Source of the DNA: Chloroflexota bacterium | GTDB taxonomy: Bacteria > Chloroflexota > Limnocylindria > Limnocylindrales > CSP1-4 | DNA length: 64,000 bases | Reading direction: 5' to 3' | Assembly: GCA_017881915.1 (NCBI GenBank) | Contig: JADGQK010000002.1 | Coordinates: forward strand, 18,326 to 82,325 | Part shown: piece by piece, positions 7,887 through 19,094 of the stretch | Numbering within the stretch: position 1 is the stretch's first letter | Layout: each line of letters begins with the position of its first letter | Program-made: the position numbers and the translations under genes | Notes under the pieces: generated by a model | The model's database searches: none | The model's input: only the letters and a program-made list of their open reading frames with translations | Told to the model about the DNA's origin: nothing

Positions 7887-10610
7887 TCAGGCATCTGGAT
7901 CGTCGGGGTTGCCCTCGCGTCGGCGTCGCCGGGCCGTTTGCTCCAGGAGCTTGGCGACGAGGGCGGTCCAGCCGGTCTGGTGGCTGGCACCGACGCCCCG
8001 CCCGGTATCGCCGTCGAAGTACTCGTAGAACGGGATCCGATCGGCCCAGCTTGAATCGGGCTGGAGGTGGGCCGCCGGCCCCAGGACCGGCCGCCTGCCG
8101 TCCACATCACGCAGGAACAGCCCGACCAGGCGGTCGGACAGGTCCCAGGCCAGCTCGTCGAGCTCCCGGAAATGACCCGAGCCATACGGCATTTCGACCT
8201 TGAACGTGCCACCGTGATAATGGTGGAAGGTGAGGTAGGCCTCGATCAGGAGGTAGTTGATCGGGAGCCAGACGGGCCCCCGCCAGTTCGAGTTGCCGCC
8301 GAAGATTCCCGAGCGGGACTCGGCCGGTTCGTAGCCGATCGTGTACTCGAGGCCGCCCGGTATCGTCAGGCTGACCGGGTTGGCCAGGTGCTCCCGGCTG
8401 AGCGACCGAATCCCGTGGGGACTCAGGAATTCGTTCGGATCGACGATCCTGCGGGTCATCGTCTGGAGCCGGTCGCCATGGACGAGGGAAAGCAGGCGCC
8501 GTTCGCCGACACCGGGTTCGGTCCAGCTGGCGACGTGGGCGGCCAGCTCCGGTCGATTGGCCAGGAACCAGCGCATCCGGCGCCGGAAGTCGGGCAGGGC
8601 GGCGATCACCTCGGGCTCCAGGACGTGGACCGCGAGGAGCGGAATGAGGCCCACCAGCGACCGGATCCGGAGGGGCACCACGTCGCCCGAGTCGAAATGG
8701 ATCACGTCGTAATAGAACCCGTCCTCCTCGTTCCATAGCGAGATCCCGCTGCCGCCCAGGTTGTTGAGGGCACCGGCGATGTACAGGAAGTGCTCGAAGA
8801 ACTTGGTCGCGATGTCCTCGTACACCAGGTCACCCTGGGCCAGCTCGAGGGCGATCGCCAGCATGTTCAGGCAGAACATCCCCATCCAGGCGGTGCCGTC
8901 GGCCTGGCCAAGGTGGGCGCCGCCGGGCAACGGCGCATCCCGGTCGAAGAGGCCGATGTTGTCGAGCCCCAGGAAACCGCCCTGGAAGACGTTGGCCCCG
9001 TCGAGGTCCTTGCGGTTGACCCACCAGGTGAAGTTGAGCAAGAGCTTGTGGAAGACCCGCTCGAGGAAGCCCACGTCGCCCGTGCCGGTTGCCCGTCGAT
9101 CGATCTGGTAGACCCGCCACGCCGCCCAGGCATGGACCGGCGGATTCACGTCCCCGAAACGCCACTCGTAGGCGGGCAGCTGGCCGTTCGGGTGCATGTA
9201 CCACTCACGGGTCAGGAGCAGGAGCTGGGCCTTGGCGAAGGCGGGGTCGATGACGGCCAGGGTGACGGCGTGGAAGGCGAGGTCCCAGGCAGCGAACCAG
9301 GGGTACTCCCAGTTGTCGGGCATCGACAGGATGTCCTTGTTGTTGAGCTCGCGCCAGTCCGCGTTGCGGCCCGTCAGGCGGCTGGCCGGCGGTGGATCGG
9401 CCGGGTCACCGTCGAGCCACTCGTTCACGTCGTAGTGGTAGAACTGCTTGCACCAGATCAGCCCGGCGAAGGCCTGCCGCTGGACGAGGCGCTCGTCCGC
9501 GCTCAGGTCCTCGCCGCCGAAGTCCGCGTAGAACGCGTCGGCCTCGGCGAGCCGGGCGGCAATCGTGGCGTCGAAATCGACGAACGGATCGGCCGGGTCC
9601 GGCGACCCGGCGTCGGCGCCCAGCCGCAGCCGGAGGCGGAGGGTGGTGGTCGCCCCCGGCTCGATGAGGTAGCGGTGGTGGCTGGCCGCCTTCGAGCCGA
9701 CGAGCTCCGGGTTCACGGCCCCTGGCTCGCCGTCGACCAGGGCCCGGTGGAAGGCATCCTTGACAAACGGACCGGCGTTGGTGACGCCCCACAGCCGCTC
9801 GCGATTCGACTCGTTCTCAGTGAACAGCAGCTCGGCGGATTGATCGACGTCGAGCCGGATCTCGCCCAGGCGGCCGTCGCTGCCCGTGATCGGCCGGCGC
9901 CCGGAGTCGGGGTCCGGCGAACCCGCCGCGAGATGCGGCCGGGGCTCGTCCCGGCCCCATGACCAGGTGTTCCGGAACCAGAGCGTGGGCAGCAGGTGGA
10001 TCGGCGCCGCATCGGGGCCCATGTTGGTTAGCGCGATCCGGATCAGGATGTCGTCGGGCCCTGTCTTGGCGTACTCGACCTGCACGTCGAACCAGCGCCC
10101 GTCGGCGAAGACGCCCGTGTCGACCAGCTCGTACTCATCGTCCTCTCGGGTCCGGCGAGCGTTCTCGGCCACGAGGTCGGCGTACGGAAAGGCCGCCTGG
10201 GGGTAGGCGTAGGCAGCTTTCAGGTAGCTGTGGCTGGGCGTGGCATCGAGGAACCAGTACAGCTCCTTGACGTCCTCCCCGTGATTGCCTTCAGGCCCCG
10301 ACAGCCCGAACGGTCGCTCCTTCAGGATTGGATCGCGCTCGTTCCAGAGGGTCAACGCGAAACACAGCCGGCCGTGATCGTCGCTGATCCCGAGCAGTCC
10401 GTCCTCGCCCCAGCGATAGGCCCGCGAGCGGGCCTGGTCGTGGGTGAGGTAGGTCCAGGGTTGGCCGTCGGGCGAGTAGTCCTCCCGGACCGTGCCCCAC
10501 TGACGGCTCGACAGGTACGGGCCCCAGCGGTCCCACGGAGCAGTCCCGGCGTCGCGCTCGGCCAGTCGCCGCCCTTCAGCGCCGAGCCCAGGGTCTGGCG
10601 GCAGGTTCAT
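7887..10610 (-). CDS. MGH1-like glycoside hydrolase (GH63-type glucosidase)
   Basis: [47 protein letters not shown] and GASHQTGWT motifs. Confidence 0.92.
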   Translation of the reverse strand: MNLPPDPGLGAEGRRLAERDAGTAPWDRWGPYLSSRQWGTVREDYSPDGQPWTYLTHDQARSRAYRWGEDGLLGISDDHGRLCFALTLWNERDPILKERPFGLSGPEGNHGEDVKELYWFLDATPSHSYLKAAYAYPQAAFPYADLVAENARRTREDDEYELVDTGVFADGRWFDVQVEYAKTGPDDILIRIALTNMGPDAAPIHLLPTLWFRNTWSWGRDEPRPHLAAGSPDPDSGRRPITGSDGRLGEIRLDVDQSAELLFTENESNRERLWGVTNAGPFVKDAFHRALVDGEPGAVNPELVGSKAASHHRYLIEPGATTTLRLRLRLGADAGSPDPADPFVDFDATIAARLAEADAFYADFGGEDLSADERLVQRQAFAGLIWCKQFYHYDVNEWLDGDPADPPPASRLTGRNADWRELNNKDILSMPDNWEYPWFAAWDLAFHAVTLAVIDPAFAKAQLLLLTREWYMHPNGQLPAYEWRFGDVNPPVHAWAAWRVYQIDRRATGTGDVGFLERVFHKLLLNFTWWVNRKDLDGANVFQGGFLGLDNIGLFDRDAPLPGGAHLGQADGTAWMGMFCLNMLAIALELAQGDLVYEDIATKFFEHFLYIAGALNNLGGSGISLWNEEDGFYYDVIHFDSGDVVPLRIRSLVGLIPLLAVHVLEPEVIAALPDFRRRMRWFLANRPELAAHVASWTEPGVGERRLLSLVHGDRLQTMTRRIVDPNEFLSPHGIRSLSREHLANPVSLTIPGGLEYTIGYEPAESRSGIFGGNSNWRGPVWLPINYLLIEAYLTFHHYHGGTFKVEMPYGSGHFRELDELAWDLSDRLVGLFLRDVDGRRPVLGPAAHLQPDSSWADRIPFYEYFDGDTGRGVGASHQTGWTALVAKLLEQTARRRRREGNPDDPDA

Positions 10611-10786
10611 GGCGGCTATCGTGGCGCGTTCGCGGATCTCGCGCTGGTCGGGCGGTTTCGCGTCACGGTCGGAACCACATGAACGTCCCTGGCGTAGGAT
10701 CTCCCGACACACTCATGCCAGCCGGTCCCCCCGCCGGTCCATCCACGCCGATCGGCGACCGATCGGCATCCGTCACGAGGGAGCCG

Positions 10787-11797
10787 ATGACCAAGATCCA
10801 GGAGACGGGCGAGAAGGTCGTCGCCAACGTCGAACGAGTGATCGTGGGCAAGCATCACGAGGTGCGCCTTGCCCTCGTCGCGCTGATGTGCCGCGGGCAC
10901 CTGTTGATCGAGGACGTGCCCGGGACCGGCAAGACGGTCCTGGCCAAGGCATTGGCCCGGAGCCTGGGCTGTACGTTCCGGCGCATCCAGTTCACCCCGG
11001 ACCTGTTGCCATCCGACGTGACCGGCCTGTCGATCTACAACCAGAAGACCCAGGAGTTCGAATTCCGCCCGGGCCCGATCATGGCCCAGGTGGTCCTCGC
11101 CGACGAGATCAACCGGGCGACTCCAAAGACCCAGTCGAGCTTGCTCGAATGCATGGAGGAGCGCCAGGCGACGATCGACGGCACGACCTACCCGATGCCC
11201 GATCCGTTCCTCGTGATCGCGACCCAGAACCCGATCGAGTACGAGGGCACGTTCGCGCTGCCCGAGGCGCAACTCGACCGGTTCCTGCTCCGGCTCCGCC
11301 TGGGCTACCCCCAGCCCATCGAGGAGATCGTGATCCTCGACGAACAGAAGCGGACCCATCCGCTCGATGAGCTGGTCGAGGTCTGCTCCAACGACGAATT
11401 GCGCGAGATGCAGGCTGCGGTCCGCGACGTCTACGTCGATAGCTCGGTCAGCGACTACATCGTCCGGCTCGTCAATGGCACCCGCAGTCACGCTGATGTC
11501 TACCTGGGCGCGTCGCCGCGCGGCTCGATTGCCCTGTACCGCGCCAGTCAGGCCTACGCCGGGCTGCTCGGTCGCGACTACGTGATTCCGGATGACGTGA
11601 AGGCCCTCGCCGAACCTGCCCTGGCCCATCGCCTGATCATCAAGACGAGCGCCACGATCCATGACGTGCTGCCAGCCCAGATCGTGAAGGAATTGCTCGA
11701 CACTCTGCCGGTCGGAGCCCTGTCGCCCACCCTCCACGGCCCGCGGGAGATCCCGATCGGCTCCCGGGACGCGGCCGCCGAGCGCCTGGCTCGCTGA
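10787..11797 (+). CDS. moxR: MoxR family AAA+ ATPase
   Basis: [37 protein letters not shown] and [11 protein letters not shown] motifs. Confidence 0.95.
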   Translation: MTKIQETGEKVVANVERVIVGKHHEVRLALVALMCRGHLLIEDVPGTGKTVLAKALARSLGCTFRRIQFTPDLLPSDVTGLSIYNQKTQEFEFRPGPIMAQVVLADEINRATPKTQSSLLECMEERQATIDGTTYPMPDPFLVIATQNPIEYEGTFALPEAQLDRFLLRLRLGYPQPIEEIVILDEQKRTHPLDELVEVCSNDELREMQAAVRDVYVDSSVSDYIVRLVNGTRSHADVYLGASPRGSIALYRASQAYAGLLGRDYVIPDDVKALAEPALAHRLIIKTSATIHDVLPAQIVKELLDTLPVGALSPTLHGPREIPIGSRDAAAERLAR

Positions 11798-11808
11798 GGT
11801 CGCCGTCG

Positions 11809-13017
11809 GTGGTACGCCGGTTGCCGATCGTCGCGCTCGCCGTCGTCCTCGTCCTGGCGGCGTTCTCGTCGGGCCTGCCGTTCCTGTTCTACCTGCTCTA
11901 CCTTGGGATCCTGGTCATCGGCGGGAGCTATGTCCTGACCCGGCTGGGCCTGGCCGATCTCGAGGCTGGCTATGCGGTTGCGCAGGTGACCGGCCACGTC
12001 GGCGAGCAGCTCAAGGTCACCTACACGCTGCGCAACGCCGGCCGGATGCCGAAGCCCTGGCTGGAGGTGCACAACCCGACGAGCCTGCCGGTGGCGATCC
12101 CAGGTCGGGCGATCGGGATCGGGCCGCGGGCCGAGCGGTCATGGATCGCCCGGGTGCCGCTCACTCGCCGCGGCCACTTCCGGATCGAGCCGCTCCAGGT
12201 CCGGACGGGCGACCCGTTCGGCTTTTTCGAGGCCTCGGCCGTCGTCGGCCAGCCGATCACCCTGGTCGTCTATCCACGGATCGATCCATTGCCGATGTGG
12301 CGCCTCCCATCCGCAAACATCGAGGGCAGCCACGCCGCGCCCGAGCGGACGATTCAGACCAGCCCGCTGGCCACGAGCGTCCGACCGTATGCCCCGGGCG
12401 ACGGCTTCAACCGGATCCACTGGAAGTCGACCGCCCGCCAGGGCGAGATCCAGGTCAAGGAGTTCGACCTCGAGCAGACCGCCGACGTCTGGCTGTTCCT
12501 CGACCTCGACGGTCGGGTCCAGGAAGGCAGCGGCGCCACGGCGAGCGTTGAGCTGGCCGTCCGGGCGGCCGCGTCGATCGCCGACAAGTCACTCGGCGAG
12601 AACCGCGCGGTGGGCCTCACCGCATACGGCCATCGGCTGGCGGTCCTGCCCGCCGACCGGGGCGGGCGGCAGTATCTGAAGGTGATGCAGCTGCTGGCCG
12701 CGGTCGAAGGCGACGGGACGACACCGCTCGTCGAGGGTCTCCTGTCGAGCCTGGCTCGGCTCCGACGGGGGATGACTGCCGTCGTGATCACGCCTTCGCT
12801 CGATCGGTCCTGGGTCCGGCCGCTGGCGAGCCTGCGCGGCCGCGGGATTGCGACGGTCGTCGTGACCGTCCGGGCGGCCGGGGCGCCCGAACTTGGCTCC
12901 GATGCGGCTGCCGCGACGCGGGCGCTCGGCCACGCACTGGCCGAGTACGAACTGGCCACCTACACGATCACCCCGGAGCGCAGCCTCGGTGCCCAGCTGG
13001 CCCGGGTGGGCCGATGA
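11809..13017 (+). CDS. DUF58 domain protein
   Basis: DPFGFF and RPYAPGDGFNRIHWKSTAR..VKEF motifs; follows moxR. Confidence 0.92.
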   Translation: MVRRLPIVALAVVLVLAAFSSGLPFLFYLLYLGILVIGGSYVLTRLGLADLEAGYAVAQVTGHVGEQLKVTYTLRNAGRMPKPWLEVHNPTSLPVAIPGRAIGIGPRAERSWIARVPLTRRGHFRIEPLQVRTGDPFGFFEASAVVGQPITLVVYPRIDPLPMWRLPSANIEGSHAAPERTIQTSPLATSVRPYAPGDGFNRIHWKSTARQGEIQVKEFDLEQTADVWLFLDLDGRVQEGSGATASVELAVRAAASIADKSLGENRAVGLTAYGHRLAVLPADRGGRQYLKVMQLLAAVEGDGTTPLVEGLLSSLARLRRGMTAVVITPSLDRSWVRPLASLRGRGIATVVVTVRAAGAPELGSDAAAATRALGHALAEYELATYTITPERSLGAQLARVGR

Positions 13018-15350
13018 GTTCCCGGCGATCGCGCCAGATTCCACTCGCGCCGGCCGAAGGCTGGCCGAGTCTCGGGCTGGTTCTGGTCATGGCCCTCTGC
13101 CTCGCCTGGTCGATCACGGGCGCCCGCTGGGTGGTTGGCCGGGGGGCTCTGACCGCCTTCCTGCCGTATGCGGCGGCCGGCGGGGTGGCCTGGGGCTTCA
13201 TCTCGGCCAAGGTCGGCTGGCCGCGCTGGCTTGCCCACCTGCTCGGAGCCGTCTTCGCGGCGTTGCTCCTGCCGGTTGCCGTCGGCGGCGTGCTGCTGAA
13301 CGGCAACTTCAGTCCGGGTCCGGCGTTTGTGGCCACGGCGACGTCGAGTGTCGAGGCGTACGTCGACCTTGCCTTCCGGGGGCTCGCGTTCACTCAGCAA
13401 TACGGCCATTTCATGCTCGTCCTGGGGATCCTGTGCTGGGGCACCGGCCAATTCACGAGCTATGCCGTGTTCGGCCATCACCGGCCGCTGAACGCGGCGG
13501 TCATCGCCGGGGTCGCCCTCGTCCTGGACATGAGCCTGACCCGCGATGAGCAACTCGGGATCCTGATCTGGTTCAGCCTGGCCGCCCTGTTCCTGCTGAT
13601 CCGGCTGCACGCTCTCGATGAGAAGTCGACCTGGCTTCGCCACCGACTCGGCGACGCCGGCTCGCTGTCGGGGATCTACCTGCGCGCCGGTACCGTGTTC
13701 ATCGGGATTGCCGTCGTTGGTGCACTCATCCTGACCTCGACCGCGGCATCGGCGCCGCTGGCCGGCCTGGGGCGAGGCCTGGACCAGAAGCTCGTCGAGA
13801 TGACCCATGGCCTCGAAGCCGTCTTCCGCGGCGGGGGGCCGGGTACGCGGATCTCGCCGGTTGACTTCCTGCCTTCCACCCGGATCACTGGCGAGTGGGT
13901 CACCGACGACACGCCGGTTCTATCGATCAAGGTGCCCGACGCCGGAAACTACCACTGGCGGGCGGTGGCCTACGACAAGTTCGACGGCCACAACTGGAGC
14001 ATCACGAACCCCCAGCAGACGGGCGTGGCAGCCGGTGACTCGCTCCTGACCGGGACGCTCGACGATCCCGGGCCGCAGGCCGGCCGGCACCCGATCACCT
14101 TCACCGTCGTTGAACTGAACTACGACGCGGACACGATCTTCGCCCCGGACGCACCACTCAAGCTGTCGACCGACGCCACCGTATCGCTCGTCGGCACCTC
14201 GCCGAATCGTTTCGTCGGCAGCGTGACCAAGTCCTCCTCGAATTTGTACCAGGTGACGGCCGAGGTGCCGGCCGAGTTCGCCAGCGACCCGATCCATGGG
14301 TTGACCGCGAACCAGCTGCGCGTCGCCGGGAAGAACTACCCGTCGGGGATCTCGACCTATTTCCTGCAGCTCGATCCGGCCGTCGCCCAGGGGCCGAACA
14401 CCGTCAAGCTCCTCGCCGCGATCAAGGCCGCCCATCCGGACGCCACGAACCCGTACGATCTCAGCCGCGCGATCGAGGCCTATCTCAAGGACGAAGGTGG
14501 CTTCACCTACAGGGCCAACGTGTCCGGGGTCGACTGCGGCAACGACGGGGTCGTCGAGTGCTTCGCCCGAACGAAGCTCGGCTACTGCGAGTACTACGCG
14601 AGCACGATGGTCGTGCTCCTGCGGATGGAGGGTATTCCGGCCAGGCTGGCCGAGGGCTTCCTGCCCAGCACGCCCGACGCCAACGGGGTCGAGCTGATCC
14701 GGCGGAGCGCCTCGCACGCCTGGGTCGAGGCGTATTTCCCGAACTACGGCTGGATCACCTTCGACCCGACCGGCGGCGGCGTCGGCGAAGCGCAGGCGCT
14801 GCCACCGGGGCCGGTCGTGACGCCGTTGCCGAACGCCAGTGCGTCTCCCGCGGGCAGCGGCCTGAACGACCCGCAGGACCCCCGCCGGACGGTTCGGCCC
14901 ACGGGCCAGACCTCGACCGGGGCGGGGTCGGTCACGGGCTCCGGCCCGGGTACCGGCGGCTATGTCCTGGTCGGGTTCCTCCTCGTGGCGATCATGGGTG
15001 CCCTGGTATTCATGGCCTGGCAGCGCGGCCCGCGGCGACCCCAGGAGCCCGACCGCGTCTACGGCGGAGTGGTTGGGCTGGCCCGTCGGTTTGGCTTCGG
15101 TCCTCGACCGAATCAGACCGTCTACGAGTACGCCGACGGGCTGAGTGACATCCTGCCCTCGGCACGACCGGATCTGCACACGGTCGCTCTGGCCAAGGTC
15201 GAGGTTGCCTACGGCCGGCGGACGCTCGAGCCCGCCCGGATCGACGCACTGCGCCAGGCTCAGCGCCACCTGCGCGTCGTGCTGCTCGGCCTGGTCTTCC
15301 GGCGCGCCGAGCGGCGCGCTCGCGGGCGTGATCGGCCGCGGAGCAAGTGA
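13014..15350 (+). CDS. Membrane transglutaminase-like protein (DUF3488 + TGc + DUF4129)
   Basis: TM bundle; YHWRAVAYD; catalytic GYCEYYA, HAWVEAY and FDPT motifs. Confidence 0.92.
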   Translation: MSSRRSRQIPLAPAEGWPSLGLVLVMALCLAWSITGARWVVGRGALTAFLPYAAAGGVAWGFISAKVGWPRWLAHLLGAVFAALLLPVAVGGVLLNGNFSPGPAFVATATSSVEAYVDLAFRGLAFTQQYGHFMLVLGILCWGTGQFTSYAVFGHHRPLNAAVIAGVALVLDMSLTRDEQLGILIWFSLAALFLLIRLHALDEKSTWLRHRLGDAGSLSGIYLRAGTVFIGIAVVGALILTSTAASAPLAGLGRGLDQKLVEMTHGLEAVFRGGGPGTRISPVDFLPSTRITGEWVTDDTPVLSIKVPDAGNYHWRAVAYDKFDGHNWSITNPQQTGVAAGDSLLTGTLDDPGPQAGRHPITFTVVELNYDADTIFAPDAPLKLSTDATVSLVGTSPNRFVGSVTKSSSNLYQVTAEVPAEFASDPIHGLTANQLRVAGKNYPSGISTYFLQLDPAVAQGPNTVKLLAAIKAAHPDATNPYDLSRAIEAYLKDEGGFTYRANVSGVDCGNDGVVECFARTKLGYCEYYASTMVVLLRMEGIPARLAEGFLPSTPDANGVELIRRSASHAWVEAYFPNYGWITFDPTGGGVGEAQALPPGPVVTPLPNASASPAGSGLNDPQDPRRTVRPTGQTSTGAGSVTGSGPGTGGYVLVGFLLVAIMGALVFMAWQRGPRRPQEPDRVYGGVVGLARRFGFGPRPNQTVYEYADGLSDILPSARPDLHTVALAKVEVAYGRRTLEPARIDALRQAQRHLRVVLLGLVFRRAERRARGRDRPRSK

Positions 15351-15398
15351 GTTCGCCGCGGAGCACACAGGCCGCGGCTCGGTTCGCGCCGGCGCCGC

Positions 15399-16244
15399 CT
15401 AGAGTGCGCCGCTCGCCGCTCGGTCCGCTCCGGCCTCTTCGCCTGGGCTGGCGTCCTGGAGCGGGGCGAGGTGGTCCAGCAGGTTGTGAGCCCGGAGCAC
15501 CACGACCCCATCGTGGATTCCCACGATCGTGATCCCGGTCAGTCCGAACGCGAACGACCAGAATCGCTCGAGTGGCAGATCGAGCAGGGCCAGCAGGACG
15601 ACCTTGAAGACGCCGTCGTGGCCGACGAGCAGGGACCAGGCCGGGCTGCCGCTGGGTGGGGGATAGCCGGCGGCCGATGTCCGGGCCGCCCGGCTGACCG
15701 GGCTGGAGGCGGCCAACCGGCCGATGATCCCGGACAGTGCCTGACGGACCCGGCGATCGACCTCGATCAGCGCTTCGCCACCTGGCGCGGCGTGCTCGTG
15801 CGGTGCCCGACGCCAGGCCTCGAGCTCGGCCTCGTAGCGCGCCTCGACATCCTCGCGGTGGAGGCCCTCCCAGGCACCCTGGCCCACCTCGAGGAGCCCG
15901 ATCTCCGGTTGCGGCCTCGGCACGCCCTGGCCGTGGACCGCCCGTAACGCCTGGCCGGCCGCGCTCGCCGTCGCAGCGGTGCGGGCCAGCGGGGAATGGG
16001 CGATCTCGACCGGCGCCGATTTGGGCACGGCGATATGCGGTGGCCGATCGGGATGGGCGAGCCGTTCGCCAGCGAAACGGGCCTGCCGCTCACCGAGCGG
16101 GCTGAGCGGCGTGTCGAGGCGGCCCTGGAAGCGGCCCTCCGTGATCGCGATCGACTCGCCGTGGCGGAGCAGGACCAGCGTTGCATTCAGGCCGGCCGGG
16201 ATCAGCGCCTGGCTCAGCGTTCCGTCCCCAAATGGATCAGCCAC
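15399..16244 (-). CDS. Histidine phosphatase family protein (candidate phosphoserine phosphatase)
   Basis: LLRHGES, SPLAR, GAWEG and VGHDG motifs; overlaps the end of serA. Confidence 0.85.
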   Translation of the reverse strand: MADPFGDGTLSQALIPAGLNATLVLLRHGESIAITEGRFQGRLDTPLSPLGERQARFAGERLAHPDRPPHIAVPKSAPVEIAHSPLARTAATASAAGQALRAVHGQGVPRPQPEIGLLEVGQGAWEGLHREDVEARYEAELEAWRRAPHEHAAPGGEALIEVDRRVRQALSGIIGRLAASSPVSRAARTSAAGYPPPSGSPAWSLLVGHDGVFKVVLLALLDLPLERFWSFAFGLTGITIVGIHDGVVVLRAHNLLDHLAPLQDASPGEEAGADRAASGAL

Positions 16245-17809
16245 AAGTCCAGGACCGCCTCCTCGGCACGGATCGCCTCGGCCACCGCGGGCGGCACGTC
16301 GTCGTCGAGGGCCAGGATCATCAGGGCATCGGCCCGCGGCGCGGACCGGGCAAGGTGCATCGCGCTGATGTTGACATCGGCCTTGCCCAGGATCAGGCCG
16401 ATCCGGCCCATCGTGCCCGGTCGGTCCTGGTGGCGGGTGACCAGCATCACTGGGCTGGGCGCCATGTCGGTCTGGTGCTCGCCCAGGCGGGTCAGCCGGG
16501 ACTCGCCGTTGGCGACCGTGCCGGCGATCGTGGTCGTCGTCCCGTCGGATTCCCCGGTCAGGGTGAGCAGCGAGCTGTAGGCATCGGCGTCGGGGGACTT
16601 GCGCTCGACGATCGCGATTCCGCGGGCTCGGGCGAGCGCGGTCGCGTTGACCAGGTTGACCCGCTCGGTCGTCGAGGTCTCGAGCAATCCCCGGAGGACC
16701 GCCGCGGTGAGCGGCGCGGCGTCCTGTCCGGCCAGCTCCCGGGCGAGCTCGCCGCCGACCTCCAGGGTGAGCCGCTGGACGCCGGTTCGGCTGAACTGGG
16801 CGAAGAAGCGCCCGAGTGTCTCAGCCAGGGGCAGGTAGGGGGCGATGGCACGGGCCGTTTCCGGGGTGAGCAGCGGGGCGTTGACCGCGTAGCGTGCCGG
16901 CCGACCCGCCAGGACGTCGATGATCTGGGCGGCGACCTCTTCGGCGACCAGAATCTGGGCCTCGGCCGTCGACGCGCCGAGGTGCGGTGTGAGCACGGTG
17001 TTCGGCGCTTCGAGCAGGGGCGAGCCAACCGGCGGCTCCCGCTCGAACACGTCGATGCCGGCACCGCCGAGGTGGCCCGAGCGGAGGGCGTCGGCGACCG
17101 CAGCTTCATCGAGGATGCCGCCGCGAGCCACGTTGAGCAGGAACGCGCCGGCCTTCATCCGGACAATCTCCGGCGCGCCGATCAGCCCCCGAGTCTGCCG
17201 GCTGAGCGGCACGTGGACCGTGATCGCGTCGGCGCGCTCCAGCAGCGCGTCAAACGTGACCAGCTCGACCCCGTGGAGAGCGGCGCCGTCGGTCGAGACG
17301 TAGGGGTCGACGGCGACGACCGTCATCTCCATCGCCCGGGCCCGTTTGGCGATTGCCTGGCCGATCTTGCCCAGGCCGATGATCCCGAGCGTCCGGCCGC
17401 GCAACTCGACGCCGGTGAACTGGCTGCGTTTCCATTCGCCCCGCCGGACCGAGGCGTCGGCGGCGGCTACCCGGCGGGCCAGGACGTAGAGCAGGGCCAG
17501 GGTGTGCTCGGCGGCCGCGATCGTGTTGCCGGTCGGGGCATTCACCACGGTGATCCCAGCCCGGGTCGCGGCGTCGAGGTCGACGTTGTCGACGCCAACC
17601 CCTGCTCGCCCGATCACGACGAGGCGACGCCCGGCATCGATCAGGTCGGCGTCGACCTGGACCTGGCTGCGGACGACAAGCGCATCGTAGTCGGGCAGCA
17701 GGGCTCGATAGTCGTCCCTGGTCAGGCCGATTCGCTCGTCGACCTGGTGATGCTGGCGGAGGATCGCGACGCCCTCCGCCGCCAGCGCTTCGGCGACGAG
17801 GACCCTCAC
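16214..17809 (-). CDS. serA: D-3-phosphoglycerate dehydrogenase with ACT domain
   Basis: RAGVGVDNVD, GLGKIG, NVARGG and TPHLGAST motifs; C-terminal DRPGTMG ACT domain. Confidence 0.95.
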   Translation of the reverse strand: MRVLVAEALAAEGVAILRQHHQVDERIGLTRDDYRALLPDYDALVVRSQVQVDADLIDAGRRLVVIGRAGVGVDNVDLDAATRAGITVVNAPTGNTIAAAEHTLALLYVLARRVAAADASVRRGEWKRSQFTGVELRGRTLGIIGLGKIGQAIAKRARAMEMTVVAVDPYVSTDGAALHGVELVTFDALLERADAITVHVPLSRQTRGLIGAPEIVRMKAGAFLLNVARGGILDEAAVADALRSGHLGGAGIDVFEREPPVGSPLLEAPNTVLTPHLGASTAEAQILVAEEVAAQIIDVLAGRPARYAVNAPLLTPETARAIAPYLPLAETLGRFFAQFSRTGVQRLTLEVGGELARELAGQDAAPLTAAVLRGLLETSTTERVNLVNATALARARGIAIVERKSPDADAYSSLLTLTGESDGTTTTIAGTVANGESRLTRLGEHQTDMAPSPVMLVTRHQDRPGTMGRIGLILGKADVNISAMHLARSAPRADALMILALDDDVPPAVAEAIRAEEAVLDLWLIHLGTER

Positions 17810-19011
17810 GCGCCGGCCCCGGCGGTCGCTGCCGTGGCAGCGGCAGCTGGGCGGATGCCCATCCTGTCGAGCGCGGCGGACTGGGCCGCGGCGATTCCAG
17901 CGCCCGGCTCGACCTGCCGCTCGAAGCGGATCGAGACCTGCTCGAGTACGCCGATCGCGTCGAGGATCTCACCGAGAGTGACCGATCCGAGGTGGCCGAG
18001 CCGGAAGATCTGGCCGGCCAGCGGCCCCTGGCCCCCGGCCAGGACGACCCCTTCGCCCTTCACCGCCGCGTTGATCGCCTTCCAGTCGAAGCCGGCCGGC
18101 ACCCGTGCGGCCGTGACGGTCCGGGAGTAGTGGGCGGGGTCGCCGAACAGCTCGAAGCCGAGTGCCGTGAGCCCTGCCCGGGTCGCCGCGGCGCAGGTTT
18201 CGTGGCGCGCGAAGATCGCCTCGGCGCCTTCGCGTTCCATCAGCTCCAGGCCGGCATCGACCTGGAAGACGACCGCGATTGCCGGCGTCCACGGTGTCTG
18301 GCCGAGGGCATGGGCGTCGCGATGCTTGCGCAGGTCGAGGTAGAAGCGGGGCATCGTAGCCGTCTCCATGGCCGCCCAGGCCCGCTCCGACGCCGCCACC
18401 ATGGCCAGGCCGGGCGCGGCCATCCACGCTTTCTGGGATCCGGTGACCACGACGTCCACCCCCCAGGCGTCCATCTGGAACGGCACGGCCCCAAGGCCGG
18501 ACACGCTGTCGACGATGATCAGGGCCTCGGGCTGGACGGAGCGGATCGCCGCGGCTAGCTCGGCGATCGGGTTCATCACCGCGGTGGACGTCTCGTTGTG
18601 GGTGAGCAGCACGGCCCGATAGCCCGGATTGGCCTCGAGGTGGGCGCGCAGCTCCGATGGGTCAGCCGCCTGGCCCCATTCGATGGAGAGCTTCGTGACG
18701 TCAGCCCCGTAGACCTGGGCGATCTTGGCGATCCGATCGCCGAACGAGCCGATCGACACGCCCAGGACCCGGTCGCCCGGTGAAAGCGTGTTGACGACGG
18801 CCGCCTCGAGCCCGCCCGAACCGGCGCAGGAGAGCATGGCGACGTCGCTGGTCGTCCCGAAGTAGGGCTTCATCCGGCCGAGGATCCGCCCGAGCATCGC
18901 CGCGAACTCCGGGCCGCGGTGGTTGATCATCTGGCGGGCGCCAGCCTCCCGAACGGTGGGTGGCAGGGCGGTGGGTCCGGGGATCCGGAGGTTTGGTTCG
19001 AAGCGGTTCAC
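17806..19011 (-). CDS. Class V PLP-dependent aminotransferase (alanine-glyoxylate/serine-pyruvate family; probable phosphoserine aminotransferase role)
   Basis: IPGPT, HNETST, VDSVS, TGSQK and FRLGHLG motifs; AGGAG 7 nt before GTG 19011. Confidence 0.9.
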   Translation of the reverse strand: MNRFEPNLRIPGPTALPPTVREAGARQMINHRGPEFAAMLGRILGRMKPYFGTTSDVAMLSCAGSGGLEAAVVNTLSPGDRVLGVSIGSFGDRIAKIAQVYGADVTKLSIEWGQAADPSELRAHLEANPGYRAVLLTHNETSTAVMNPIAELAAAIRSVQPEALIIVDSVSGLGAVPFQMDAWGVDVVVTGSQKAWMAAPGLAMVAASERAWAAMETATMPRFYLDLRKHRDAHALGQTPWTPAIAVVFQVDAGLELMEREGAEAIFARHETCAAATRAGLTALGFELFGDPAHYSRTVTAARVPAGFDWKAINAAVKGEGVVLAGGQGPLAGQIFRLGHLGSVTLGEILDAIGVLEQVSIRFERQVEPGAGIAAAQSAALDRMGIRPAAAATAATAGAGA

Positions 19012-19094
19012 GAAGCGGCTCCTGTGGTGAAGCGGACCCGCGAATCGTGCCATGGGGCTGGGGCTTGCCGCCAACGTGGTATATATGCCGACAT

